A stretch of DNA of 64,000 nucleotides, from NCBI GenBank assembly GCA_913063505.1, contig CAJXYT010000001.1, positions 7,345-71,344 of the forward strand, written 5' to 3'. The position numbers and the translations under genes are program-made. Position 1 is the first letter of the stretch. Every line of letters begins with the position of its first letter. The notes below the pieces were generated by a model. It saw only the letters and a list, made by a program, of their open reading frames with translations. It had not been told where the DNA came from and searched no databases. The DNA is from an uncultured Gammaproteobacteria bacterium (GTDB lineage: Bacteria > Pseudomonadota > Gammaproteobacteria > Steroidobacterales > Woeseiaceae). Shown piece after piece: positions 53,335-64,000 of this stretch.

Positions 53335-55707
53335 TTAACGCTTGAGCGGGGTCAACGTCAGCGTATGTTTAACCTTACCCGGCAAAAACGGGCTCGGCTC
53401 GCCTTTGACCCATTCTGAGTGACCAGCAGTGTAATAGGGTGAAAGAGGGTGTCCGCTTGCACCCGTCGGCATTTGCATAAGACCGTTAGCCTCGTCGCCG
53501 GGCGATACAGAAAAGCGCTCCGATGCACCGAACGTCGTGCCTTGAGCCTTCGGCATATTGACGTCCCCATTGAGTTCCTCATACGGCATATCCAGGTGAG
53601 CACCCAGAATCGGAATGCTATCACTCAACGGATGCCGAATAGAGGCGCGATTGACCTCACCCCATGTTCGAGAGGACAAAGGACCGTCAAAATTTTCACT
53701 GTAATATTTGATGTTTTGCTGAACCGCTGCCAGCAAGAATTGTGGCCAATTATCATAGCCGGCGGGCAACATATGAGCCGGGCGCTCGGTTATGAGCGAC
53801 CACAGTGCTGCTTCAAATTGATTGCTTCGGCGTACCCTTACATCATCACCGTAGGCGTCACGAACCGGAGTGACCAGCGCGTGAAAAACCCTTCTCTCGA
53901 CTTCCAGACGAAACGCCCGAACCAGCCGATAGCCTGCCGATTCAGGCACTGCTCTTGGAATCCACTCGACAACGATGCGCCGGTATTCTTCAAGATCGGC
54001 ATGGCCCTTTATCGCACTTTCATTAAGGATGTCCAGCAACAGATCGCGCCAAGTCTCTAGGAACAATGCGCGATCATCGTACTGTATTGCCAGCATGTCG
54101 GCCGGAACGAACGAGTCTTTGGCGAACAGGGCATCTCGAATCTGCCCTGCTCTTGCACCCAGATCATAACCACCGTCGCCGATTATCTGCAGCGCTTCGG
54201 CATCGGCAACGCGCGCATTAGCAGTCCAGATTCGACCACTTTGTGGATTGACTACCCGCGGATAGTCCTCAGCTGCAACCCAGCCGGTCCATCCAGCCTC
54301 GAGGCTCCAGTCCGCCGGCAGCATAGCGTTGAAATCTGTCTTCGCTGGGATCTTGCCCGCAATCGTCCAAGCAATATTGCCATCCTTGTCGCCGGTTACA
54401 AAGTTTTGCGGTGGCATCCCCATCGTGTTGGCGATATCCAGTGCAGCGGACACTGACGGTGCGGTTTCGAGTTTCAATATATTCAAGTTGATTGAGTCTG
54501 GGCTGTGCGCAATCCAACTGACCGCTATCTCGCCATCCGGATAATCCGCGTCATCGACGACCGGGCCCCATATCGTTTCGCGAATCTGATGCTCGACGGA
54601 ATCGGCACCTTTCACGTTTATTACTTCGTTGAATATGTCGTAAGGCAACTCTCCTTGCGGCACTTTGTAAGTTCCGGCAACCGTTCCCGGCTGCAGAACA
54701 ACAGCGTCTGTGTAATCGCCATAACTGTTGGTGAATCCCCAGGCAACATGTGTATTACTGCCGGCGACGACAAAAGGCATGCCCGGCAGAGTGACACCCG
54801 AGACATCTATAGGTGCGTCACCATTGACGACAAGTCGAGCACGGTAGTAAATGTTGGGTGTATTCAATCCAAGGTGCATATCATTCGACACCATCGCTCG
54901 ACCGGTCTTAGTCAACGTGCCTGATACCGCCCAGTTGTTGCTGCCAGGTAGTGGCGGTCTCCCCTGCTCATTAGCAGCCGGAGCAGCATCGTCGACGTTC
55001 TGCATCGAAAAAATATCTGCTGCCGGTACAGGCGCCACGTTTCGCGCCTCACCCATTATCGGCGCATCCCAGGGAGTGCCATCCGGATACATCCAATCAT
55101 AGACTTCACTGGGCAATACATTATGTACCAGACCGCGCCGCACTTCTTTACGAGCTCGATCGTCATTGAGTTGTATGAACATTGCGTAGACAACGAGGAT
55201 AGAATCCTCTGCCAGCCACGGCTGTGGGTCTATACGAAGAACAAAGTATTCAAATGGTCGGGCGCCGAGAGAATCAAGACCTGCGTTCACGCCGTCAGCA
55301 TAACGCTGCAATAACTCCTTTGTTTCACTAGTCTCCGCCTGAAGAATGGATCTGGCCCGGGAACGAAAACGATGAAAGCGATATTGCTTATCAATATTTA
55401 CAGCGACGGCCCCGACCACCTCAGACAGTTCGCCCGCAGCCTGCCGGCGAATCAAATCCATTTGAAAGAATCGATCCTGCCCATGCGCATATCCGGTCGT
55501 GAATGCAAGATCTGCTCGATTACTAGCTGTAATGATGGGGATGCCGGCGGCGTCTCTTTGAATAGTCGCAACAGCGGACAATCCTGGGGCAGAAAATTCA
55601 CCGTCCAATTGCGGAAGGCTGGCTCGTAAGCCAAGCCAACCAAGCAGCACGGCAACGAACAATAATGTGGTTGCCCCGCCGAGTAGGCGCCAAATATATC
55701 TTCTCAA
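53335..55707 (-). CDS. Penicillin-acylase-family Ntn hydrolase (possible acyl-homoserine-lactone / beta-lactam acylase)
   Basis: 790 aa with an N-terminal signal/anchor. The autoproteolytic junction PGSNNWAVSG carries the nucleophile Ser. The only upstream start is the TTG at 55707, overlapping the pyk stop. Confidence 0.88.
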   Translation of the reverse strand: MRRYIWRLLGGATTLLFVAVLLGWLGLRASLPQLDGEFSAPGLSAVATIQRDAAGIPIITASNRADLAFTTGYAHGQDRFFQMDLIRRQAAGELSEVVGAVAVNIDKQYRFHRFRSRARSILQAETSETKELLQRYADGVNAGLDSLGARPFEYFVLRIDPQPWLAEDSILVVYAMFIQLNDDRARKEVRRGLVHNVLPSEVYDWMYPDGTPWDAPIMGEARNVAPVPAADIFSMQNVDDAAPAANEQGRPPLPGSNNWAVSGTLTKTGRAMVSNDMHLGLNTPNIYYRARLVVNGDAPIDVSGVTLPGMPFVVAGSNTHVAWGFTNSYGDYTDAVVLQPGTVAGTYKVPQGELPYDIFNEVINVKGADSVEHQIRETIWGPVVDDADYPDGEIAVSWIAHSPDSINLNILKLETAPSVSAALDIANTMGMPPQNFVTGDKDGNIAWTIAGKIPAKTDFNAMLPADWSLEAGWTGWVAAEDYPRVVNPQSGRIWTANARVADAEALQIIGDGGYDLGARAGQIRDALFAKDSFVPADMLAIQYDDRALFLETWRDLLLDILNESAIKGHADLEEYRRIVVEWIPRAVPESAGYRLVRAFRLEVERRVFHALVTPVRDAYGDDVRVRRSNQFEAALWSLITERPAHMLPAGYDNWPQFLLAAVQQNIKYYSENFDGPLSSRTWGEVNRASIRHPLSDSIPILGAHLDMPYEELNGDVNMPKAQGTTFGASERFSVSPGDEANGLMQMPTGASGHPLSPYYTAGHSEWVKGEPSPFLPGKVKHTLTLTPLKR

Positions 55708-57140
55708 GAACTCGATGTTATTTTAATGACTGTCATTGAATTGGTGCTTCCGGACACGCCATTCAGTTCACCCTTCGTCAGCAACGCAAAATCACCTTCT
55801 TCTACAAGCTTGTTCGCGAGCAAAGTGTCGAAAATATCCCGATACAGGCCGCGCGGATTTTTGCCATCAATCTCGAACTGAACCGGGTAAACGCCGCGGT
55901 ACATCGTGACACGTCGACTCGTTGATACATGAGGCGTAAACGCGTAGATCGGAATGTCAGACCGGATGCGCGACATCCAGCGAGTCGTCGAGCCCGACTC
56001 CGTCAATGCGATGATCGCTTTGACGGACATGTGATTTGCCGTGTACATCGTTGCCATGGCTATCGCTTCGTCCACCAACCCGAAATGATCCTGCAGTCGA
56101 TGACTCGTCTGACTGATTGGCTGCGGGAATTTCTCAGCGCCTACACAGACTTCTGCCATTGCCGCGATCGTACCTGCAGGATACGCCCCCATCGCAGTTT
56201 CGCCGGACAGCATTACGGCATCGGTGCCGTCAATCACGGCATTTGAAACGTCAGAAACTTCCGCGCGTGTTGGAATTGGATTCTGGATCATCGATTCCAT
56301 CATCTGCGTTGCGGTAATGACGATCTTGTGAGCCTTTCGTGTCTTGCGAATGAGTTTTTTCTGAATGCCAATCAGCTCGGCATAACCTATTTCAACGCCA
56401 AGATCACCACGCGCCACCATGATCACGTCAGACGCTTCAATAATTGAATTGATGTTCTCCACTGCTTCAACGCGTTCGACCTTCGCCACAATCAGACCAT
56501 TACCGCCGGCCTCTCTCAGTAAACGTCTCGCTTCTTCAACATCCTCACCGTTGCGTACGAATGAGACCGCAAGGAAATCCAAATTCATCTCAGCGGCGAG
56601 ACGAATGTTCTGCTTATCGATCTCGGTCAGCGCCGGAGCCGACAACCCACCGCCCTTAAGATTAATCCCCTTGTGGTCCGATAAAATACCGCCGTTGATG
56701 ATAGTCGTATGGATGCGCGTGCCATCAATACTGGCAATTTCGAGTGTAATCATGCCGTCGTTCAGCAGCAGAATATTGCCCGGCGATACATCTTCGTGCA
56801 GGGAGTCCAAAGCGACTCCGACGCCGTCCTGATCTCCATCCGTAAGGCCGAGCGTGCTGTCGAGGAAGAAACTTGCGCCATCAACGAGAGAAACGCTATG
56901 TTCCTTGAACCGACGGATCCTGATTTTCGGTCCTTGCAGGTCACCCATGATGCCGACTTCGCGACCACAGGACTCGGCCGCTGATCGTAATAAATCAGCT
57001 CGGCGAATATGATCGGCTGCGTCGCCGTGTGAGAAATTCAATCGTGCAACGTCCAGACCAGCATTGATCATGTCACACAGCGTTTCTTTGTCGTCTGACG
57101 CTGGACCCAGCGTCGCGACAATCTTAGTTCGTCTTAGCAT
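55704..57140 (-). CDS. pyk: Pyruvate kinase
   Basis: MLRRTKIVATLGPAS N-terminus and the MVARGDLGVEI motif. 478 aa. Confidence 0.97.
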   Translation of the reverse strand: MLRRTKIVATLGPASDDKETLCDMINAGLDVARLNFSHGDAADHIRRADLLRSAAESCGREVGIMGDLQGPKIRIRRFKEHSVSLVDGASFFLDSTLGLTDGDQDGVGVALDSLHEDVSPGNILLLNDGMITLEIASIDGTRIHTTIINGGILSDHKGINLKGGGLSAPALTEIDKQNIRLAAEMNLDFLAVSFVRNGEDVEEARRLLREAGGNGLIVAKVERVEAVENINSIIEASDVIMVARGDLGVEIGYAELIGIQKKLIRKTRKAHKIVITATQMMESMIQNPIPTRAEVSDVSNAVIDGTDAVMLSGETAMGAYPAGTIAAMAEVCVGAEKFPQPISQTSHRLQDHFGLVDEAIAMATMYTANHMSVKAIIALTESGSTTRWMSRIRSDIPIYAFTPHVSTSRRVTMYRGVYPVQFEIDGKNPRGLYRDIFDTLLANKLVEEGDFALLTKGELNGVSGSTNSMTVIKITSSS

Positions 57141-57204
57141 GTATGCGATTATTGCACAGCTTTGACCTATTCTGCGCGCCGTTATGTATTTGCCATGCTT
57201 TCTT

Positions 57205-58377
57205 TTACTTAGAACGTTTTTCCAGGATAGCTACAGCCGGTAGCGTCTTGCCTTCTACGAATTCAAGGAAGGCGCCCCCACCGGTCGAAATGTAAGAGAT
57301 ATCGTCTGCAACGCCATATTTATCGATGGCGGCCAAAGTGTCGCCGCCGCCAGCGACTGAGAATGCAGGACTGGCTGCGATAGCCTCCGCCAGTGCTTTC
57401 GTACCCGAACCGAATTGATCGAATTCGAATACGCCGATTGGGCCATTCCAGATGATCGTGCCAGCACTCGCGAGTATTTCAGAAAATTGTGCGATCGTGT
57501 CCGGGCCAATATCCAGTATCAGCTCATCAACCGCTACCGCTTCCACTACTTTATTAGTCGCCGACGCGTCTGATGAAAACTCATCAGCAACAACAACGTC
57601 TATTGGAACCGGAATATCGGCTTTGTCGTCTTTATTTCTCGCCAGCTCGCGAGCTGTATCCAGCATGTCTGGCTCGTAGAGCGATTTGCCAACACCGTGG
57701 CCAGCGGCAGCGATGAACGTATTGGCGATGCCACCACCGACGATAAGGTGATCAACAATATCCGTCAGAGCATCGAGCACCGACAGTTTCGTCGAGACTT
57801 TCGACCCACCAACGATAGCAACAAACGGTCGTGCTGGATTGTCCAGCGCTTTGCCAAGCGCTTCGAGTTCCGACGATAATAACGGTCCGGCGCATGCAAT
57901 GGGCGCATGCTCAGCGACGCCATAGGTGCTTGCCTGCGCTCGATGCGCAGTGCCGAAAGCATCCATGACGAACACGTCGCACAGCGCAGCCATTTTCTTA
58001 GCCAATGCTTCGTCGCAGGCTTTCTCGCCCTCGAGAAAGCGCACGTTTTCAAGAAGCACTAAATCGCCAGGACTTAAGTCGACGCCATCGATCCAATCAG
58101 TTTTCAGCAACACCTGCCGGTCGAGCAGCTTGCTCAGCCGATCGGCGACAGGCTGCAACGAGAACTTTTCGTCGGGGGCTCCCTCAGCCGGTCGCCCAAG
58201 GTGCGACATCAGCATCACCGCCGCACCCGAAGCGAGCGCAGCGGTGATGGTGGGCAAGGCCGCTCGAATTCGGGCGTCTGAGCTTATCTCTCCATCAGCA
58301 ACGGGCACGTTCAGGTCCTCGCGAATTAACACTCGCTTACCCCTAAGGTCAACGTCAGTCATTTTAATGACAGACAT
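57205..58377 (-). CDS. pgk: Phosphoglycerate kinase
   Basis: [26 protein letters not shown] is the canonical N-terminus. Start trimmed from 58500 to 58377, because the longer ORF overlaps the gap gene. Confidence 0.96.
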   Translation of the reverse strand: MSVIKMTDVDLRGKRVLIREDLNVPVADGEISSDARIRAALPTITAALASGAAVMLMSHLGRPAEGAPDEKFSLQPVADRLSKLLDRQVLLKTDWIDGVDLSPGDLVLLENVRFLEGEKACDEALAKKMAALCDVFVMDAFGTAHRAQASTYGVAEHAPIACAGPLLSSELEALGKALDNPARPFVAIVGGSKVSTKLSVLDALTDIVDHLIVGGGIANTFIAAAGHGVGKSLYEPDMLDTARELARNKDDKADIPVPIDVVVADEFSSDASATNKVVEAVAVDELILDIGPDTIAQFSEILASAGTIIWNGPIGVFEFDQFGSGTKALAEAIAASPAFSVAGGGDTLAAIDKYGVADDISYISTGGGAFLEFVEGKTLPAVAILEKRSK

Positions 58378-58402
58378 AAATGCTCCCGACTGAGTGGTCT
58401 GA

Positions 58403-59416
58403 TTACTTTGCGTTGACGAGCGCGACAGTGATGTCGAGCATGCGATTCGAGAAGCCCCACTCGTTGTCATACCAAGAACAAACCTTAACGAGCGTACCAC
58501 CCATGACTTTGGTCAGTGTCGAGTCGTAGGCTGACGAATGCGGATCATGATTGAAGTCCACAGATACCAGTGGCTCATCGTTGTAAGCTAAAATACCCTT
58601 GAGCGAGCCTTCGCTAGCCGCCTTCAACACTTCGTTTACCTCGTCGACGGATGTCTCGCGATTTGCGACGAACGTAAGATCAACTGCCGAGACGTTGATT
58701 GTCGGTACGCGCATAGAAAAACCGTCCAATTTGCCATTCAACTCTGGCAGCACCAGTCCAACCGCTTTGGCAGCACCTGTGCTTGTAGGAATCTGCGACA
58801 TTGTCGCTGAACGAGCGCGACGCAAATCCGAATGGTAAACATCAGTCAGAACCTGGTCGTTAGTGTATGCGTGAATGGTGGTCATGAGGCCGTGCTTGAC
58901 TCCGATAGTTTCATGCAATGGCTTGACCAAAGGCGCTAGGCAGTTGGTCGTGCAAGAAGCGTTTGAAATAATCGCATGATCCGCTGTCAGGTCGTCATGA
59001 TTGACGCCGTAGACGAATGTGCCATCTATATCAGAGCCACCCGGTGCAGAAATTACGACTTTCTTCGCGCCAGCCTCAATGTGCTTGCCAGCCGTTTCGC
59101 GAGTACGGAAAAAACCGGTGCATTCGAATACGACTTCGACCCCCAATTCACCCCACGGCAATTTGGCAGGATCACGTTCAGCGAAGACCTTGATACGATC
59201 GCCATTGACGATCATGTCATCGCCGTCGACTTCAACAGTGCCCGGGAAATTTCCGTGAGCAGTGTCGCGGCGAGTCAGGTGTGCGTTTGCCTTCGAGTCG
59301 CCCAAATCATTAATAGCCACTACGTCGAATTCCGCAGCGCGGCCCGATTCATAAATTGCGCGAAGGATATTTCGCCCGATACGGCCGTAACCGTTAATGC
59401 CGATCTTAATTGCCAT
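58403..59416 (-). CDS. gap: Glyceraldehyde-3-phosphate dehydrogenase (type I)
   Basis: [10 protein letters not shown], the SNASCTTNC catalytic Cys and STGAAKAVG. The last motif favours GAPDH over Epd, which has a divergent motif there. Confidence 0.92.
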   Translation of the reverse strand: MAIKIGINGYGRIGRNILRAIYESGRAAEFDVVAINDLGDSKANAHLTRRDTAHGNFPGTVEVDGDDMIVNGDRIKVFAERDPAKLPWGELGVEVVFECTGFFRTRETAGKHIEAGAKKVVISAPGGSDIDGTFVYGVNHDDLTADHAIISNASCTTNCLAPLVKPLHETIGVKHGLMTTIHAYTNDQVLTDVYHSDLRRARSATMSQIPTSTGAAKAVGLVLPELNGKLDGFSMRVPTINVSAVDLTFVANRETSVDEVNEVLKAASEGSLKGILAYNDEPLVSVDFNHDPHSSAYDSTLTKVMGGTLVKVCSWYDNEWGFSNRMLDITVALVNAK

Positions 59417-59448
59417 TCCTATCTACTCCAGATTCAAATCAATAAATG

Positions 59449-61476
59449 TTACTTAAGTACGTCTTTCGCGACAGCTACTACATTCTCTGTCGTGAAGCCG
59501 AAATGTTCAAATAGTTCCTCTGCTGGCGCAGACTCGCCAAAGCGGTCCAGACCAACAACGCGGCCATGTGAGCCCACATACCGCCACCATGTTTCCGTGA
59601 CGCCCGCTTCGATGGCTACACGCGCCGTGACCGCAGCAGGCAATACCGACTCTCGGTAAGCCGCATCTTGTGTATCGAAAACGTCCGTGCTCGGCATAGA
59701 TACCACGCGAGCATTCACGCCGTCAGCAGTGAGTGCTTCCGCAGCTGATACCGCAAGTGCGACCTCCGAACCGGTCGCAATGAGGATAATATCGGGCACA
59801 CCGTCGCTGTCACGCAATACGTATGCGCCACGTGCAATATCCAAAATTTGCCCGGCACTGCGATTCTGATGCGGCAACCCTTGGCGCGTAAGAATCAGAC
59901 TAGTCGGCCCATCCTGACGTTCGATCGCGTCTCGCCATGCAACTGCTGTCTCCACGGTATCGCAAGGACGCCAAACACTCATGTTCGGCATCAATCGTAA
60001 GGACGCAGTGTGTTCAACAGGTTGATGCGTCGGTCCATCTTCTCCCAGACCGATCGAGTCGTGCGTATACACCAGAACATTTTGAATCTTCATCAGGGCC
60101 GCCATACGCAAAGCGTTACGTGCGTAATCTGAGAACGTCAGGAATGTTCCACAATACGGCAGGAAACCGCCGTGCAGCCTGAGGCCATTACAGATGGCGG
60201 TCATGCCAAATTCACGTACACCGAACCAAACGTAATTACCCTCGGCATCATCGCCAGAGATCGGCACCGAACCATTGTGTTTAGTCAGGTTCGAACCGGT
60301 AAGGTCAGCTGATCCGCCGGCCATTTCTGGTAAGGCCCGGGCGAACGCATTGAGCGCGATCAATGATGCCTTACGGGTAGCCACTTTCTCGCCAGCTGTA
60401 TTAATCTCGGCGATCGCTTTGTCGGCAAAATCACTCCAATTACTCGGCAATTTGCCCGCCATCCGCCGTCTGAACTCGTTTGCGAGATCCGGATACTCTG
60501 CATTGTAATTAGCGAATATCACGTTCCAGATATTCTCGTCGGATGCACCGCGTGCTTTGCCGTCCCAGCGCGACGCAATATCGTCTGGAATATCGAAAGG
60601 TGCTGATTTCCAACCCAGTTCCTTCCGGGTGGCCGCGATCTCATCATCACCTAGCGGTGCGCCATGCGTTGACGCCGTGCCCTGTTTGTTCGGCGAGCCA
60701 AAGCCGATGATGGTCTTGCAACAGATCAATGTCGGTCGGTCAGGATCTGCGCTAGCCTCTTCGATCGCTGCAGCGATGGCTGCGGCGTCATGGCCGTCCA
60801 CATTGGGAACGACCTGCCAACCGTAAGCCTCAAATCGTTTCGCGGTGTCATCTGTAAACCAGCCGCCAACTTCACCGTCGATCGAAATATTGTTGTCGTC
60901 GTAAAGACAAATAAGCTTGCCTAGCTTTAAGGTACCCGCGAGTGAACAAGCTTCGTGGGAAATGCCCTCCATGAGGCAACCATCACCCAGAAAAACCCAG
61001 GTTTTGTGATCAACTATATTGTGTCCGGGTCGATTGAACTCGGCCGCGAGCATCCTTTCGGCCATGGCCATGCCCACCGCGTTGCTGAGGCCCTGCCCCA
61101 AAGGTCCGGAGGTCGTTTCAATCGGTCCGCCCGGCTCGTACTCTGGGTGACCCGCAGTCCTGTAGCCAAATTGCCGGAAATTTCTAATCTGCTCGATTGG
61201 AAAGTCTTTATAACCCGTCAGGTGCAACAGACTGTAAAGCAGCATCGATCCATGACCATTCGACAGCACAAATCGATCACGATTGGCCCATGCAGGGTTC
61301 GTTGGGTTATGCCGAAGGTAGTCGTTCCAAAGGACTTCGGCGATATCCGCCATACCCATCGGCGCGCCCGGGTGGCCCGAGTTCGCGGCTTGTACCGCGT
61401 CCATGCTAAGGGCTCGAATTGCATTCGCGAGATCGCGCCGGGCTGGCTGGCCGGCGGCTGAAGCTGTATTTGACAT
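59449..61476 (-). CDS. tkt: Transketolase
   Basis: [11 protein letters not shown] ThDP motif and GDGCLMEG. 675 aa. Confidence 0.97.
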   Translation of the reverse strand: MSNTASAAGQPARRDLANAIRALSMDAVQAANSGHPGAPMGMADIAEVLWNDYLRHNPTNPAWANRDRFVLSNGHGSMLLYSLLHLTGYKDFPIEQIRNFRQFGYRTAGHPEYEPGGPIETTSGPLGQGLSNAVGMAMAERMLAAEFNRPGHNIVDHKTWVFLGDGCLMEGISHEACSLAGTLKLGKLICLYDDNNISIDGEVGGWFTDDTAKRFEAYGWQVVPNVDGHDAAAIAAAIEEASADPDRPTLICCKTIIGFGSPNKQGTASTHGAPLGDDEIAATRKELGWKSAPFDIPDDIASRWDGKARGASDENIWNVIFANYNAEYPDLANEFRRRMAGKLPSNWSDFADKAIAEINTAGEKVATRKASLIALNAFARALPEMAGGSADLTGSNLTKHNGSVPISGDDAEGNYVWFGVREFGMTAICNGLRLHGGFLPYCGTFLTFSDYARNALRMAALMKIQNVLVYTHDSIGLGEDGPTHQPVEHTASLRLMPNMSVWRPCDTVETAVAWRDAIERQDGPTSLILTRQGLPHQNRSAGQILDIARGAYVLRDSDGVPDIILIATGSEVALAVSAAEALTADGVNARVVSMPSTDVFDTQDAAYRESVLPAAVTARVAIEAGVTETWWRYVGSHGRVVGLDRFGESAPAEELFEHFGFTTENVVAVAKDVLK

Positions 61477-61542
61477 TGATGACCTGCGTGGTAGTTAGGG
61501 GAGAAAATCAGACTTAGTGAGCGGCGTATTTTCCCTGCTCTG

Positions 61543-61570
61543 TTGTAGGGGTCCAGATCAAGGGTATAAT
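61543..61570 (+). promoter_or_regulatory. Putative sigma-70 promoter of metK
   Basis: TTGTAG (61543-61548), a 16-nt spacer, then a perfect TATAAT (61565-61570), 34 nt upstream of the metK ATG. Confidence 0.5.
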
Positions 61571-61604
61571 GCGCACCCGTAATTTTATATTAACTATAAC
61601 TATT

Positions 61605-62762
61605 ATGTCTAATGCTTTCCTTTTTACATCCGAATCGGTCTCTGAAGGCCATCCGGACAAGATTGCCGATCAGGTCTCTGACGGCATTCTAGATGCAATT
61701 ATCGCTGAAGACCCCAAAGCGCGAGTTGCCTGCGAAACCATGGTTAAGACCGGCATGATTGTTGTCGCTGGAGAAGTCACGACCTCCGCTTGGGTGGATA
61801 TCGAAAATATCGCCCGAAAAATAGTCACCGATATCGGCTATGACAACTCGAACCACGGCTTCGACGGTGCAACTTGCGCAGTCCTGAACGCCATCGGAAA
61901 ACAATCACCCGATATCGCGCAAGGCGTAGATCGCGAGTCTGAAGAGGAACAGGGTGCTGGCGATCAGGGGCTGATGTTTGGCTATGCATGCAATGAGACA
62001 AACGTTCTCATGCCCGCACCGATAACGTATTCACATCGATTAGTCCAACGCCAGGCCGAAGTTCGCAAGAACGGCACCTTGCCGTGGTTGCGCCCTGATG
62101 CAAAAAGCCAGGTCACATTCAATTACAGGAACGACAAGCCGGTATCCATTAACGCTGTCGTCTTGTCGTCGCAGCATGCGCCGGAAGTCTCAATGTCTGA
62201 TTTGCGCGAAGGCATTATGGAAGAAATCATTAAGCCAGTCTTACCTCTGGAGCTCCTGAGCAGTGATACCAAGTATCACATCAACCCAACCGGTCGTTTC
62301 GAGATCGGCGGTCCAATGGGTGACTGCGGACTGACAGGACGGAAGATTATCGTCGATACCTACGGTGGCTCAGCTCGTCATGGTGGTGGCGCCTTCTCAG
62401 GTAAGGACCCGTCCAAGGTCGACCGGTCTGCTGCTTACGCCAGCCGCTATGTCGCAAAAAATATCGTTGCCGCCGGCCTCGCCGAGCGCTGCGAGATTCA
62501 AGTTTCCTACGCTATCGGCGTTGCTGAACCCACATCGATCAGCGTGCATAGTTTTGGTACCGGTACCATTTCGGATGTTAGAATGACGGAACTAATTCGC
62601 GAGTATTTCGATCTCACACCGTATGGTATTTTGAAGATGCTGGATCTATTGCGTCCGATTTATCGCCAGACGGCCGCCTACGGCCACTTCGGTCGCGAAG
62701 ACATCGATCTCAGCTGGGAACGAACAGACAAAGCGGAAGCGCTAAGAGCCGCTGCTGCATAA
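61605..62762 (+). CDS. metK: S-adenosylmethionine synthetase
   Basis: [23 protein letters not shown] is the canonical N-terminus. Start trimmed from 61569. Confidence 0.97.
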   Translation: MSNAFLFTSESVSEGHPDKIADQVSDGILDAIIAEDPKARVACETMVKTGMIVVAGEVTTSAWVDIENIARKIVTDIGYDNSNHGFDGATCAVLNAIGKQSPDIAQGVDRESEEEQGAGDQGLMFGYACNETNVLMPAPITYSHRLVQRQAEVRKNGTLPWLRPDAKSQVTFNYRNDKPVSINAVVLSSQHAPEVSMSDLREGIMEEIIKPVLPLELLSSDTKYHINPTGRFEIGGPMGDCGLTGRKIIVDTYGGSARHGGGAFSGKDPSKVDRSAAYASRYVAKNIVAAGLAERCEIQVSYAIGVAEPTSISVHSFGTGTISDVRMTELIREYFDLTPYGILKMLDLLRPIYRQTAAYGHFGREDIDLSWERTDKAEALRAAAA

Positions 62763-62786
62763 ACAAATATTTTTGGAGATACACCT

Positions 62787-64000
62787 ATGAGCAGTGAACC
62801 TCAAACCATACAACAAAACGATTATAAAGTTGCCGATATGTCCTTGGCCGAATGGGGCCGTAAGGAAATTACGATTGCCGAAACCGAAATGCCAGGACTC
62901 ATGGCATTGCGCGAAGAATATAAAGGCAAGAACCCTTTGGACGGCGTGCGTCTGACCGGTTGTCTGCACATGACGATTCAGACTGCCGTTCTTATCGAGA
63001 CACTGCGCGAATTGGGAGCCGACATTCGCTGGTCATCTTGTAACATCTTCTCAACGCAAGATCATGCAGCGGCCGCTATTGCAGAGGCCGGTGTTCCGGT
63101 ATTCGCATGGAAAGGCGAGTCAGAGGAAGAATACTGGTGGTGCGTCGAGCAGACCATCAACGGACCCTACGGCTGGCAACCGAACATGATTCTTGATGAC
63201 GGCGGCGACCTCACAATGCGGTTGCATGAGAAGTACCCAGAGATTATGAAAGGTGTTAAAGGCCTGTCTGAAGAGACAACGACGGGCGTCAAACGCTTGT
63301 ATGACATGATGAAAGACGGCTCGCTTGCTTGCCCTGCTTTCAACGTCAATGATTCCGTAACAAAATCTAAGTTCGACAACCTGTACGGTTGCCGAGAGTC
63401 GCTGGTCGACGGCATCAAGCGAGCGACAGATGTTATGATCGCTGGCAAGGTTGCAGTCGTCTGCGGTTACGGCGATGTAGGTAAAGGCTCCGCCCAGTCT
63501 CTGAAGGGTCTTGGCGCGATCGTATGGGTTACAGAAGTCGATCCTATTTGTGCACTACAAGCTGCGATGGAAGGCTACCGCGTCGTCAAATTCGACGACA
63601 TCTGTGATCAAGTCGACATCGTTGTGACAGCAACAGGCAACCGCCATGTCGTTTCTGGTCCGCAGATGGACCGTATGAGAAATCAGGCGATCGTCTGCAA
63701 TATCGGTCACTTCGACAATGAAATCGACGTTACCTATCTGAAACAATATGAGTGGGAAAACATCAAGCCACAGGTTGACCACATTATTTTTCCTGACGGC
63801 AAGAGAATTATCCTGCTCGCGGAAGGTCGTCTCGTAAACCTTGGCTGTGCAACTGGACACCCAAGTTTCGTCATGTCGAATTCGTTCACCAATCAGGTGC
63901 TTGCACAGATAGAGCTTTGGGAAAACGGCGAAAACTATGGGAAAGAGGTCTACGTGTTGCCGAAACATCTCGACGAAAAAGTCGCGCGGTTACACCTAGA
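62787..64000 (+). CDS. ahcY: Adenosylhomocysteinase (3' end beyond the window)
   Basis: ATG at 62787 gives [45 protein letters not shown]...[16 protein letters not shown]...GYGDVGKG (NAD site). The ORF stays open to the window end, so it is absent from the ORF track. Confidence 0.95.
   Translation, partial: MSSEPQTIQQNDYKVADMSLAEWGRKEITIAETEMPGLMALREEYKGKNPLDGVRLTGCLHMTIQTAVLIETLRELGADIRWSSCNIFSTQDHAAAAIAEAGVPVFAWKGESEEEYWWCVEQTINGPYGWQPNMILDDGGDLTMRLHEKYPEIMKGVKGLSEETTTGVKRLYDMMKDGSLACPAFNVNDSVTKSKFDNLYGCRESLVDGIKRATDVMIAGKVAVVCGYGDVGKGSAQSLKGLGAIVWVTEVDPICALQAAMEGYRVVKFDDICDQVDIVVTATGNRHVVSGPQMDRMRNQAIVCNIGHFDNEIDVTYLKQYEWENIKPQVDHIIFPDGKRIILLAEGRLVNLGCATGHPSFVMSNSFTNQVLAQIELWENGENYGKEVYVLPKHLDEKVARLHL

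Noticed and set aside
57205-58500. N-terminal extensions suggested by the ORF track. They affect pgk (58500), mutT (7114), sspA (36135), rsmI (31914), lpxC (12472), metK (61569), ibaG (40583), petC (36851) and mraZ (30210).
   Set aside because: In each case the extension overlaps the neighbouring gene or operator and has no homology. A canonical family N-terminus begins at an internal ATG or GTG. These were not treated as novel domains.
61477-61604. I looked for a SAM or SAH riboswitch upstream of metK-ahcY, including the 24-nt metK-ahcY spacer at 62763-62786.
   Set aside because: Only about 34 nt lie between the predicted -10 and the metK ATG, and the metK-ahcY gap is 24 nt. That is too short for any known SAM/SAH aptamer, and no conserved SAH-riboswitch core sequence is visible.

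Overview
This 64-kb window is gammaproteobacterial core chromosome at about 50% GC, densely packed and strongly syntenic with Pseudomonas, Xanthomonas and E. coli housekeeping regions. In order it holds: nadE (N-terminal fragment), sucDC, a type IV pilin locus, pilD-coaE-zapD, mutT-secA, an M23 peptidase and a DUF721 gene. Next come lpxC and a complete dcw cluster (ftsZ back to mraZ, with murB included) and RNase P RNA (rnpB). These are followed by rsmI, lpoA-yraN-diaA, sspBA, petCBA (bc1 complex) and murA-ibaG. The next block is yrbG-kdsDC-lptCAB-rpoN-hpf-ptsN-rapZ-mgtE. An accessory-looking block follows: a patatin-like lipase, a signal-peptide peroxiredoxin, and a VWA / MoxR AAA+ / penicillin-acylase-family trio. 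The window ends with pyk-pgk-gap-tkt, metK and ahcY (3' end off the window). I see no rRNA, tRNA, CRISPR, transposase, integrase or phage genes. I could not find a convincing novel multi-gene system such as a defence island. The most unusual signal is repeated gene decay inside otherwise conserved syntenic blocks. There is a 32-codon pilC 3' stub with pilB absent. yraN carries two nonsense codons and a frameshift at a C8 run. rapZ carries nonsense codons, a frameshift and a large internal deletion. Two further possible remnants (pilS-like and HtrA/DegS-like) are weaker. Several genes usually found in these clusters are missing here: mlaFEDCB, dolP, yacG, npr and fba. The best new-association lead is the acylase-MoxR-VWA trio, translationally coupled to the end of the glycolytic tkt-gap-pgk-pyk array. 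Several ORF-track starts were trimmed by homology. All family assignments rest on recognised motifs and synteny, not on database searches.
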